DNA of 64,000 nt from an uncultured Thermoleophilia bacterium (GTDB lineage: Bacteria; Actinomycetota; Thermoleophilia; UBA2241): positions 32,731 through 96,730 of the forward strand of contig CAVOWE010000018.1 of the NCBI GenBank assembly GCA_963700035.1, in the 5' to 3' direction. The position numbers and the translations under genes are program-made. The notes beneath the pieces are model-generated. The model searched no databases. It was not told the DNA's origin and worked only from the letters and a program-made list of their open reading frames with translations. This document shows, one piece after another, positions 9,284-18,085 of this stretch (its first letter is position 1; each line of letters starts with the position of its first letter).

Positions 9284-9931
9284 TCAAGACACCAGCTTGG
9301 TGGCCAGGACGACGGCATCGTAGGCGCTGCCGCTCCATCCGTCGGCGCCGATCGTGTCGGCCCACTCCTTGGTGGTCGCGCCGCCGCCCACGATGACCTT
9401 GTACTTGTCGCGGGTGCCCTGGTCCTTGAGCGCGTCGATGACGTCCCGCTGGCCGATGAGCGTCGTGGTGAGGAGAGCCGAGATGGCGATGATGTCGGCG
9501 TTCGTTTCGTTGGCCTTGTCGATGAACTTGAAGAGGTCGACGTCGATGCCGAGGTCGTGGACCTCGAACCCGGAGGTCTCGAAGAGGAGCTTGAGGATGT
9601 TCTTGCCGATCGAGTGAAGGTCGCCCTTCACGGTGCCGATGACGATCGTGCCCTTCTTCTCGTCGGCGCCACCGGCTTCCTTGATCTTGGGCTCGAGCAC
9701 GGTCATGGCCGACTGGAAGGCCAGAGCGGCCTGCATGAGCTCGGGGAGGAAGATGTCTTCGCACTCGAACTGCTCGCCGATGACGTTCAGCCCCGGCAGC
9801 AGGCCCTTGTCGATGACCTCGCGGGGGTCCATCCCGTCGGCCAGGGCCTTGTTGACGGCCTCGAGGACGGCGTCCGGATCCTGGTCGACGATCGACTGCT
9901 TGAGCTGTTCGTGCATGGTCTCGTTTCCCAT
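9284..9931 (-). CDS. Cobalamin-binding corrinoid protein (second copy)
   Basis: DxHxxG signature GDLHSIGK, followed by ISALLTTT and IVGGGA. The ATG at 9931 has a GAAGGGG RBS. The ORF track starts at a GTG at 9940. Confidence 0.9.
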   Translation of the reverse strand: MGNETMHEQLKQSIVDQDPDAVLEAVNKALADGMDPREVIDKGLLPGLNVIGEQFECEDIFLPELMQAALAFQSAMTVLEPKIKEAGGADEKKGTIVIGTVKGDLHSIGKNILKLLFETSGFEVHDLGIDVDLFKFIDKANETNADIIAISALLTTTLIGQRDVIDALKDQGTRDKYKVIVGGGATTKEWADTIGADGWSGSAYDAVVLATKLVS

Positions 9932-10012
9932 TACGTGCACCCCTTCTTGTCGTGTCTGGATGTGATCGTGAAGATCGTGGAGTACGGCGTCGGCGCCGCG
10001 GGGCGGGCGCCG

Positions 10013-11473
10013 CTAGGCGTCGCCCCCGGCCTCGACCCAGGTGGCTTCGCCGGCGACGAGGCCGGGGAACTCGGCGCGGATCTGCGCGTCCAGCTCGGGC
10101 GCCCAGACGGCCGGGTTCGGCTGCGACAGGAGGCCGCGGGCGAAGGCGCGCGCGCGGCTCTGCGCGTCCGGCCGTCCGGCCGCCTCCCATTGCGCGCGCA
10201 TGCCGCGGTCGGCGACCTTGGGGAAGACCGCGGTGGTCTTCATCAGCGACTTGGTGTGCTTGCTCTTCATGAAGTCGCCGCCCGGTCCCACCTGGGCGAT
10301 GACCTCGAGGGCCAGGTTGTCTTCGCTGAACTCCAGGCCGCGCACGACGCGCTTGTTCATGAGGGCGATCTCGTCGTCGACCACGGCCTTGCCGAAGTCG
10401 AACGCCATGAGCGAGCTGAACAGGCCGCCCATGTTGAGCAGCGTGGCGCCGGCGAGCACCGCGCCGAGCGTGTTCATGCCGGTCTCGTAGCCCGACTGCG
10501 CGTCGTTCGAGTGCGCGTTGGTGAGGCCGATGTAGCCGCCGGTCGGGACGTTGTAGAAGTGCCCGAGCTGGGCCTGGGCCATGCAGAGCATGCCGGTCTC
10601 GATGGCGCCCGGGGCGTAGGCCCCGGTGCGCATGTCGGCGACCGTGGGCAGGCTGGCGTAGATGATCGGCGTGCCTGCCCTGACCATCTGCTGGAAGACG
10701 GTGATGGCGAGGAACTCGGCGTTGCCCACGATGAGCGTGCCCATGAGCGTCATCGGCGAGGTGAGGCCGGCGTTGGGCACCACGGTCGTGTACACGGGCA
10801 GGCCGCGCTCGGTGAGATACATCACCGCTTCCGTGGAGTCGACGTCCATGGTCAGCGGGCTGACCATCGGGCAGTAGTGATGGTTGATGATCGGCCGCTC
10901 GCGATAGGCGTCGGCGCCGCCGGCGATGAGCTCGCCGAGCTTGAGCACCTGGCGCAGGTCGTCCATGTTGGGGGTGTTGCTGCGCACCGGCTTGAGGCAG
11001 TTCTTGAGCGCCGGGTAGAAGCGGCTGAGGCTGAACTGGCCGGGGGGCGCGTCGTCGGCGAGCGTGGAGATCGAGAAGATGTCGAAGCCCTTGAGCTCGT
11101 TGATGAGGTGGGCGATGTTGGCGATGTCGGTGGAGGTGGCGCGGCGCTCGACACCGGTCGCGGGGTCGACCACGTTGGGCGCGGAGCTGCCGGTGACGAC
11201 CACGGGCCCGCACTCGGGGATCGTGCGGTCGAACTGCGGGTCGCGGCCGCGGAAGGTGAAGCTCGTCGGGCAGACTTCCAGGTACTTGCCGATCACTGCG
11301 GGGGGGAACTTGACGAGCCCATCGGCGTCGACGCTGCAGCCGTGGGCCTTGAAGACCTCGCGGGCGGGCCCGTGGTGAGCCAGGATGCCGACGTTCTCGA
11401 GGACCCACAGCGACGCTTCGTGGACTCGCTCGACCTGCTTGGCGGTGAGTAGCTCAACGTGCTTCATGTGCAT
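10013..11473 (-). CDS. MttB-superfamily (trimethylamine methyltransferase family, COG5598-like) protein, non-Pyl
   Basis: 486-aa uninterrupted ORF with family-typical blocks (LTAKQVERVHEASLWVLENVG, HHYCPMVSPLT, GPGGDFMKSKHT). It sits directly downstream of the DeoR gene and upstream of the corrinoid gene. The stop codon is TAG. Confidence 0.85.
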   Translation of the reverse strand: MHMKHVELLTAKQVERVHEASLWVLENVGILAHHGPAREVFKAHGCSVDADGLVKFPPAVIGKYLEVCPTSFTFRGRDPQFDRTIPECGPVVVTGSSAPNVVDPATGVERRATSTDIANIAHLINELKGFDIFSISTLADDAPPGQFSLSRFYPALKNCLKPVRSNTPNMDDLRQVLKLGELIAGGADAYRERPIINHHYCPMVSPLTMDVDSTEAVMYLTERGLPVYTTVVPNAGLTSPMTLMGTLIVGNAEFLAITVFQQMVRAGTPIIYASLPTVADMRTGAYAPGAIETGMLCMAQAQLGHFYNVPTGGYIGLTNAHSNDAQSGYETGMNTLGAVLAGATLLNMGGLFSSLMAFDFGKAVVDDEIALMNKRVVRGLEFSEDNLALEVIAQVGPGGDFMKSKHTKSLMKTTAVFPKVADRGMRAQWEAAGRPDAQSRARAFARGLLSQPNPAVWAPELDAQIRAEFPGLVAGEATWVEAGGDA

Positions 11474-11494
11474 CAGATCCTCTCAGTCGGATTC

Positions 11495-12280
11495 TCATAC
11501 AGCGACCACCCGCAGGCCCCGCCGCAGCATCTCGTCGCGCACGTCGTCGTCGACGCCGTCGTCGACGACGACCGCCTGCACGTCGTCGAGGGTACAGATG
11601 ACGAAGTCGCCGACGACGCCGATCTTGCTGCCGTCGGCGAGGACGATCACCTCGCCGCGAGTCTGGCGGATCATGGCGCGTTCGACGCCGGCGAGGCCGA
11701 CGCTGGCGGTGGTGATGCCCTCCTCGAGGCTGACACCGTCGGCGCCGAGGATGAACTTGGAGGCGTGGAAGCCGCTGAGGACCTCCAGCGACAGGGCGCC
11801 TTCGAGCGTGTTCGAGCGTGGCCGGTAGAGGCCGCCGAGGAGGATGACGTCCAGCGCCTTCTCCTGGGCCGAAGACACGGCGCCGAGGTTGTGCGTGACG
11901 ATGCGCGCGTGAAGGTCGGGGTCGACGTGTGAGAGGACCTGCGTGGCGGTGGTGCCCGAGCCCAGGAACACGGTCTCGCCCGGCTTGATCATGGCGGCCG
12001 TCGCCTTGGCGATGCGCTGCTTCTCCTGCGCGTGCGCGCGCACGTTCGTGACGTAGCGCGGCTCCTCGACGATGTGCTGCTTGAGGAGGGCCCCGCCGTG
12101 GGTGCGCGAGAGCAGCCCCTCGGTCTCCAGACGTTCGAGGTCGCGGCGGATGGTCATCTCGGAGACGCCGAGCAGGTCGCTCAGCGCGGAGACGCGCACG
12201 CCACGCTGTTCGGCGAGTATCTCCAGGATGCGACCCTGCCGTTCGGCCGGGAACATCTCGCGCATGTCTGGCGACGACAT
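11495..12280 (-). CDS. DeoR/GlpR-family transcriptional regulator
   Basis: HTH region (ILEILAEQRGVRVSALSDLLGVSEMTIRRDLERLETEGLL) plus a DeoR C-terminal sensor domain. Alternative in-frame starts lie at 12265 and 12322. Its stop is 21 nt before the MttB-family start. Confidence 0.85.
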   Translation of the reverse strand: MSSPDMREMFPAERQGRILEILAEQRGVRVSALSDLLGVSEMTIRRDLERLETEGLLSRTHGGALLKQHIVEEPRYVTNVRAHAQEKQRIAKATAAMIKPGETVFLGSGTTATQVLSHVDPDLHARIVTHNLGAVSSAQEKALDVILLGGLYRPRSNTLEGALSLEVLSGFHASKFILGADGVSLEEGITTASVGLAGVERAMIRQTRGEVIVLADGSKIGVVGDFVICTLDDVQAVVVDDGVDDDVRDEMLRRGLRVVAV

Positions 12281-12434
12281 CGAGCTCCCCAAAGGCTGTG
12301 ATGTGTTGTCAGAATCGCTCATAATCGAACGCTGTCCTGCAATTCTCAGGCTGGAGCCGGTGAATGTCAAGTGTTCTGGCGTGTGCGAGTCTGTTTTTGC
12401 GTGGGAGAACGTTGCCGCCTGCACGCGCTCACGA

Positions 12435-12468
12435 GAAAGGCGGCGGGCCGTGAGGCCCGCCGCCTTTC
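12435..12468 (-). terminator. Perfect 15-bp hairpin downstream of cydB
   Basis: GAAAGGCGGCGGGCC, loop GTGA, GGCCCGCCGCCTTTC. Confidence 0.55.
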
Positions 12469-12501
12469 GCCGGTCGGTGTGGGGAAGACGGTGCGGCCGC
12501 G

Positions 12502-13521
12502 TCAGTACTCCGCGTCGGCCGCCTTCGTCTTGCCCCTGAAGGTCCTGTAGACGAGCGCCGTGTACGCCAGGACGATCGGGCAGAAGATGAGCGCGATGAC
12601 GAGCATGACCTGCAGCGTCAAGCGTCCGGAGGCGGCGTTGGTGACCGTCAGGCTGGTCTCGGGCGGCGTGCCCCGCGCCGGCACGATCTCGGGGAAGTTG
12701 CCGACCGCGGCGATGCCGGCCAGGGCGATGATGGTGACCGCCGAGCCGAGGAAGGACTTGAGCTCGGCACCCTCCTTCGTCATCTGCCAGATGGTGTAGA
12801 GCAGCGACAGCGCGAGGAGGACGAGGAAGAACCAGCCGAGCGGCCGGCCGAACACGTTGTCCGACGCGCGCGAGACCGTGACGATGGTCGCGACGGAGGT
12901 CGCGACCGCCAGCACCACGCACACCCAGAAGGAGATCTTGCGGTACTGCAGCGCGCGGGCGTGCAGCGCGCCCTCCGACTTGAGCGCCACCCAGGCCGCG
13001 CCGTGTGTGACGATCAGGAACAGGCCGGTGACCGCCACGAGCAGGGAGTACGGGTTCAGCAGTTGCAGGAACGTGCCCGTGTAGTCGCCGTTGGCGTTCA
13101 TCGGGACGCCGCGGATGACGTTGCCCAGGGCGCAGCCGACGAGGATCGCCGGCACCAGGCTGCCGAGGAAGAAGGCGCCGTCCCAGACCCTGCTCCAGTT
13201 CTCGTCACGATGGCGGAACTCGAGCGAGACGGCGCGCAGGATCAGGCCGAACAGCACGAGCATGATGGCGAGGTAGAAGCCACTGAACGTCATCGCGTAG
13301 ACCATGGGGAAGGCCGCGAACACGGCGCCGGCGCCGGTCACCAGCCAGACCTCGTTGCCGTCCCAGATCGGCCCGATCGAGGCGCGGACCACGCGCTTCT
13401 CGTCCTCGGTCCTGGCGATGAAGGGGTAGAGGACGCCGGCTCCGAGGTCGAAGCCGTCGAGGACCACGTAGCCGGTGAGCAGGAAGGCGACCAGGAAGAA
13501 CCAGATGTTCACGAGGCTCAT
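12502..13521 (-). CDS. cydB: Cytochrome bd ubiquinol oxidase subunit II
   Basis: 339-aa polytopic ORF with the typical N-terminus (VVLDGFDLGAGVLYPF), immediately downstream of cydA. Confidence 0.9.
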   Translation of the reverse strand: MSLVNIWFFLVAFLLTGYVVLDGFDLGAGVLYPFIARTEDEKRVVRASIGPIWDGNEVWLVTGAGAVFAAFPMVYAMTFSGFYLAIMLVLFGLILRAVSLEFRHRDENWSRVWDGAFFLGSLVPAILVGCALGNVIRGVPMNANGDYTGTFLQLLNPYSLLVAVTGLFLIVTHGAAWVALKSEGALHARALQYRKISFWVCVVLAVATSVATIVTVSRASDNVFGRPLGWFFLVLLALSLLYTIWQMTKEGAELKSFLGSAVTIIALAGIAAVGNFPEIVPARGTPPETSLTVTNAASGRLTLQVMLVIALIFCPIVLAYTALVYRTFRGKTKAADAEY

Positions 13522-13525
13522 CTCG

Positions 13526-14890
13526 TCACCTCCCCGCGCCGACGGGAGCGGGCTGCGCGGAGGCCCGCTCGGCCTCCAGCATCTCGACGACGTCGTCCGG
13601 GCCCTTGCGGATGATCCCCAGGAAGATCCGCAGCCAGGCGATGAACAGGATCAGGTAGATGAGGCCGAACAGGCCGAGCGTGGTCCAGACTTCGCCGGCG
13701 GAGACCGTCGGCGAGACGCCGTCGGTGGTGCGCAGCAGGCCCTGGACGATCCAGGGCTGCCGCCCCACCTCGGTGGCGGCCCAGCCCATGTTGATGGCGA
13801 TGAGGGGGAGCGGGAAGCACACGACCAGCAGCCACAGCAGCCAGCGCGCCTTCTCGAGGCGCTTCAGGAAGTGCATGACGAGCGCCAGCAGCATCACCCC
13901 GATGAACACGAACGACAGGGCGATCATCAGATGGTAGCTCTGGAAGGTGATCTGAGCCGGGGGCCGGTCGGCGGGCGGGACGCTGTCGAGGCCCTTGACC
14001 ACGCGGTCCGGGCTGAGACCCAGCATGAGGCTCAGGCCGCTGGGGATGCTGACACCGGTCGTGCCGCCGTCGCCGTTCACCCAGCCGAAAAGGTACAGCG
14101 GCGCGTTCTTCCGCGTCTCAGTGAGGTTCTCGAAGGCCGCCATCTTCACCGGCTGATACTCTTCGACTACCAGCGCGTGCCAGTGACCGATGAAGGGCAT
14201 GGCCGCCGAGGCGAGGAGCCCGACGACGAGCGCGGTGACCAGCGCCTGGCGGGCGAAGTGCAGGTGGCGCTTCTTGAGCAGGTACCAGGCGCAGATGCTG
14301 GCCACGACGAAGCATCCGGCGATGACGCAGGCCACGATGGTGTGCACGTAACGCGGCGGGAAGGACGGGTTGAGGGCGGCGGCCCAGAAGTCGGTGAGGA
14401 TGGCCCGGCCGTCCTCTATGGCGTAGCCGGCCGGGGTCTGCTGCCAGGAATTGGCGATGAGGATCCACACCGCCGACAGCAAGGTCCCGATCATCACGAG
14501 CCACGCCGAGGCGTAGTAGAAGCCTTTGGAGACCTTCTTGCGGCCGAACAGCAGCACGCCGAGGAAGGTCGACTCGAGGAAGAAGGCGAGAAGGCCCTCA
14601 GCCGCCAGGGGCGCTCCGAAGATGCTGCCCACGAAGCGCGAGTAGTCCGCCCAGTTGGTGCCGAAGGCGAACTCCATGGTGATCCCGGTGGCGACCCCGA
14701 TGGCGAACGTGGTCGTGAAGAGCTTGATCCAGAAGTTCGAGGCCGCCTTGTCGGCGGGGATGTTGCTCTTGTAGTAGCGCCGCTCGGAGAACACGACCAT
14801 GAGCGCCAGGCCGATGCTGATGGGCACGAAGATGAAGTGATAGCCCACGGTGAACGCGAACTGGATACGGGAGAGCATCAAGGCGTCCAT
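13526..14890 (-). CDS. cydA: Cytochrome bd ubiquinol oxidase subunit I
   Basis: The start was chosen at MDALMLSRIQFAFTVGYHFIFVPISIGL (ATG at 14890). The longer ORF reaching 14974 adds an Arg-rich non-protein-like extension. Confidence 0.9.
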   Translation of the reverse strand: MDALMLSRIQFAFTVGYHFIFVPISIGLALMVVFSERRYYKSNIPADKAASNFWIKLFTTTFAIGVATGITMEFAFGTNWADYSRFVGSIFGAPLAAEGLLAFFLESTFLGVLLFGRKKVSKGFYYASAWLVMIGTLLSAVWILIANSWQQTPAGYAIEDGRAILTDFWAAALNPSFPPRYVHTIVACVIAGCFVVASICAWYLLKKRHLHFARQALVTALVVGLLASAAMPFIGHWHALVVEEYQPVKMAAFENLTETRKNAPLYLFGWVNGDGGTTGVSIPSGLSLMLGLSPDRVVKGLDSVPPADRPPAQITFQSYHLMIALSFVFIGVMLLALVMHFLKRLEKARWLLWLLVVCFPLPLIAINMGWAATEVGRQPWIVQGLLRTTDGVSPTVSAGEVWTTLGLFGLIYLILFIAWLRIFLGIIRKGPDDVVEMLEAERASAQPAPVGAGR

Positions 14891-15000
14891 GCGTGTCCGC
14901 CACCTCCTGGGAGAGCGTGTGTTTCCCGCCTGCGCGCGACACCCCCGGTCACTGCGCGAACGGCTTGGCGACACTTATTTTCACTGTCGGTGTAGTGTCA

Positions 15001-15030
15001 TGTCAACAGAAATATGTGCGCCGGGTCACA
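15001..15030 (-). promoter_or_regulatory. Candidate cydAB promoter -35 box (TTGACA) with an upstream CRP/GlxR-type palindrome
   Basis: On the minus strand, TTGACA lies at 15006..15001. TGTGCGCCGGGTCACA at 15015..15030 matches TGTGA-N6-TCACA in 9 of 10 positions. The site is in an AT-richer patch upstream of cydA. Confidence 0.4.
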
Positions 15031-15164
15031 AGCGGGCCGACGGCGAGCTGAATAGAAAGTATTAAGCGCAGGTTAAGCAGCCTGTTCAGGCCCCGGGAGC
15101 CTGTGCTACCATGCGCGAGGGCCGGCACCGATCGCCGGCCGTTCTGCTGTAGGAGGCTGAGGCT

Positions 15165-15515
15165 TTGTCTGAAGAACTGCTCGAATGCACAGAATGCTCG
15201 GCACAGTGCGAGAAGGTCGTCTACCCGGCGGCTTGTCTCAGCATGAACTGCCGTTTTCTCTACGCTTTCAAGGAAGACGGCGACACGTTCTTCGGGTGCA
15301 TCGAGAAGGTGTTCCCGCACGAGATCGACCTCAAGATGTTCGAGGACATCGAGCGCGGCAAGGGCGGGTTCGGCGTGGTCAAGGTGGTCCGCACCCCGTT
15401 GCCGCAGTGCTCGGTGGCCGTGCAGAGCTGCTACGCCTCCGGTGAGGGGCCGCTCTGCCGCAACATGTACTTCCGGCGCCGCGACCGGCGCGAGGTGCAG
15501 ACGGTAGAAGATTGA
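15165..15515 (+). CDS. Small cysteine-rich hypothetical protein (116 aa, 9 Cys)
   Basis: AGGAGG RBS lies 8 nt before a TTG start. Includes a CxxC and further Cys residues (ECTECSAQCEKVVYPAACLSMNC...). A clean intrinsic terminator follows. Confidence 0.6.
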   Translation: MSEELLECTECSAQCEKVVYPAACLSMNCRFLYAFKEDGDTFFGCIEKVFPHEIDLKMFEDIERGKGGFGVVKVVRTPLPQCSVAVQSCYASGEGPLCRNMYFRRRDRREVQTVED

Positions 15516-15543
15516 GTTCGCTGAGCAGACACCAGCGTTTGCG

Positions 15544-15580
15544 GGCGAAACCGCGGCTCTGCCGCGGTTTCGCCGTTTTC
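15544..15580 (+). terminator. Intrinsic terminator
   Basis: GGCGAAACCGCGG pairs with CCGCGGTTTCGCC and is followed by GTTTTC. Confidence 0.7.
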
Positions 15581-15623
15581 GGGGGCTGGTATACTCAAGA
15601 AGCGCAGCCACCAGGCTGCCCAT

Positions 15624-15983
15624 GGGGGCGAACAGGTCTCGACATGGGCTGTACCGAGGTGGGAGCAGCAGGCCGAGGTCCGGTGGCCTCGTTAAACTGC
15701 CGGAACCATATACTTGCCGAGAATAAGACTCTCGCACTCGCCGCCTGACCTAGTCAGGTAGCGCATCGCGCCCGGCTCGTCCACGGCTGGGGCCTGCGGT
15801 GTCATCAAGTGGACTGGGGTGCGGTCGCGCTGCTCCGAGCGAGCGCACCCGAGACTGATCGGAGCTGGCAGACGGCACCCGGCCGACGCGGGGGCCGCGA
15901 GCGAGATCAATGCGCCGGCTAAGCCTGTAGAGACTCCGCCGAGGCGTCCGTGGACGCGGGTTCGATTCCCGCCGCCTCCACCA
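15624..15983 (+). ncRNA. ssrA: tmRNA (ssrA)
   Basis: The 5' GGGGGCG pairs with the 3' CGCCUCC-ACCA, including a G3:U wobble (alanine identity). The 3' end GGACGCGGGTTCGATTCCCGCCGCCTCCACCA forms a T-arm. The tag reading frame at 15716..15748 encodes AENKTLALAA followed by a stop. An extended -10-like TGGTATACT lies at 15587..15595. Confidence 0.9.
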
Positions 15984-16027
15984 TCCTTCTTCGCCGCAGG
16001 CCCGCGGCCGTGCACTATACTGCGGGC

Positions 16028-17249
16028 GTGGACCAGCCGGCCGACATCCTCTCTTCAGCCGCGTCCGGCGCCTCCACGCCGTCGGCTTCGCGATGGCCGC
16101 GCCTCCTGGATCCGCTCCCTGTGAGCATCGGGCTTGCGCTCGTGTTCACCGCGGCCGGGCTGGTCGAGCTCCTGACGCGCGGCGCCGCTGCGGCCGGCTA
16201 CCGCGACGACGGACCCCTGCTGATCACGCTGACCGTGGCGAGCGCGCTCTCGCTGGCGCTGCTGTGGTGGTCGCCGCTCGCCAGTCTCTGCGCCTCGCTG
16301 GTCCTCCTGTGCGCGCAATCGATCATCGGCTACGAGTTCACCCAGGCGGCTCTGTGGGCAGTCGTCGTCGCGTCCTTCGCTACCGTGGCCTTCGACCACT
16401 GGCGGCGCGCCCTGGCGGCCGGGTTCCTGGCGGTCCCCGGTGTGGTCGTCCTGGTGCTGACCGTGCCGAACCTCTCGTGGCAGAGAGCCCTGGGCGCGTG
16501 GGCCTCGCTCTCGCTCGTTTGGGTGATCGCGGTGGTGATCCGCGTCTACCGTGGCAGTATCGAGCGGGCCGAGCGCAGGGCCGCGCTCTTTGCGGCCGAC
16601 CGCGAGGCGCGCGCCCGCGAGGCGGTGGCGGAGGAGCGCTCGCGCCTCGCGCGCGAGCTGCACGACAGCGTCGGGCACGCGCTCAACGTGGTGGTACTTC
16701 ACGCGGGCGCCGCCCAGCGCGTCATCGAGACCAAGCCCGAGCTGGCGCGCGAGGCGCTCGGCAGCATCGAGACGGCGGGCCGCCAGGCGCTCGGGGACAT
16801 CGAGCGCATGCTGGGCATCCTGCGCGCCCCCGACGACGGCGTGGGGCTCGATGCCACCCCGGGCCTCGGCCAGCTGGAGAGGCTTTGCGCTCAGGTCCGC
16901 GAGGCCGGGCTACCCGTCGATCCTGAACGTGGTGGGCGAGGCTCGAGGGTTGCCGGCCAGCCTCGACCTCACCGCCTACCGCATCGTCCAGGAATCGTTG
17001 ACCAACACGCTCAAGCACGCCGGCAAGACTCACGCGACCGTGACGGTGCAGTACGAGCCGGACGCGGTCGCCATCGAAGTGCTCGACGACGGCCGCGGGG
17101 TCACCGCCGGCATCGCCGGCGGCGGCCGCGGCCTCGTCGGCATGGGCGAGCGCGTCGCCACTTTCAGGGGAGAACTCGAGGCGGGCCCGCGCGCGGAGGG
17201 CGGCTTCGCCGTCCGCGCGCGCCTCCCGCTGCACAAGGAGGGCACATGA
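16028..17249 (+). pseudogene. Sensor histidine kinase (HisKA_3/NarL-type partner) with one frame change as sequenced
   Basis: Multi-TM N-terminus, H-box ELHDSVGHALNVVVLHAGAA, then after an apparent 1-nt insertion near 16922 (GAT-C-CTG) the ATPase part (LDLTAYRIVQESLTN, LDDGRG, GRGLVGMGERV). The TGA overlaps the regulator's ATG. Confidence 0.85.
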
Positions 17250-17929
17250 GCATCACCGTGGTGCTGGCCGACGACGAGCAGATGGTGCGCTCCGGTCTCC
17301 GCCTCATCCTCGAGGCCGAGCCCGATATCGAGGTCCTCGGCGAGGCCGGCGACGGCGGCGAGGCGGTGGAGCTGACGCGCCGCCTGGATCCCGACGTCGT
17401 ACTCATGGACGTGCAGATGCCGGTCATGAACGGGATCGAGGCGACGCGCGCCATCGTCGCGCTGGGGCGCGACGAGACCTCGCGCGTCCTCATCCTCACG
17501 ACCTTCGACCTCGACGAGTACGTCTACGAGGGCTTCAAGGCCGGCGCCAGCGGCTTTCTGCTCAAGCGCACGCCGGCCGCCGACCTCGTCGCCGGCATCC
17601 GCATCGTCGCCGCCGGCGACGGCATGATCGCGCCCTCGGTCACCACGCGTCTCATCGCCACCTTCCGCGACAGGGACGAGCGCGCCGGCGTGCCTCGCGA
17701 CCCGGCCGTGCTGGACGATCTCACCCAGCGCGAGCACGAAGTGCTGGTGCTGGTCGCGCGCGGCATGACCAACGGAGACATCGCCGCGCATCTCTTCCTC
17801 AGCGAGGGCACGGTGAAGACGCACGTCAAGCGGATCTTCGCCAAGCTCGCGTTGCACGACCGCACGCAGGCCGTGATCCTCGCCTACGAAGTGGGCCTGG
17901 TGCGCCCCGGGGAGAGCGCGGCCGAGTAG
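17246..17929 (+). CDS. LuxR/NarL-family response regulator
   Basis: Receiver domain (VVLADDE...VLMDVQMP) plus a LuxR HTH (LTQREHEVLVLVARGMTNGDIAAHLFLSEGTVKTHVKRIF). ATGA overlap with the kinase gene. Confidence 0.9.
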   Translation: MSITVVLADDEQMVRSGLRLILEAEPDIEVLGEAGDGGEAVELTRRLDPDVVLMDVQMPVMNGIEATRAIVALGRDETSRVLILTTFDLDEYVYEGFKAGASGFLLKRTPAADLVAGIRIVAAGDGMIAPSVTTRLIATFRDRDERAGVPRDPAVLDDLTQREHEVLVLVARGMTNGDIAAHLFLSEGTVKTHVKRIFAKLALHDRTQAVILAYEVGLVRPGESAAE

Positions 17930-18085
17930 CCGCGCGGCGGCCGGCGTACCCCTGTGGGGGTACGCGCACCGCCGCAAGAATCCCTCTGCCGGCGACCGCA
18001 CGTTCCTGCCCTGGGGTGACGACGGGGTGACCGCACACCGCTAGGCTTCTCGTGCAAGTCGCAGAGGACCCTCGGAGGTGCGGAC

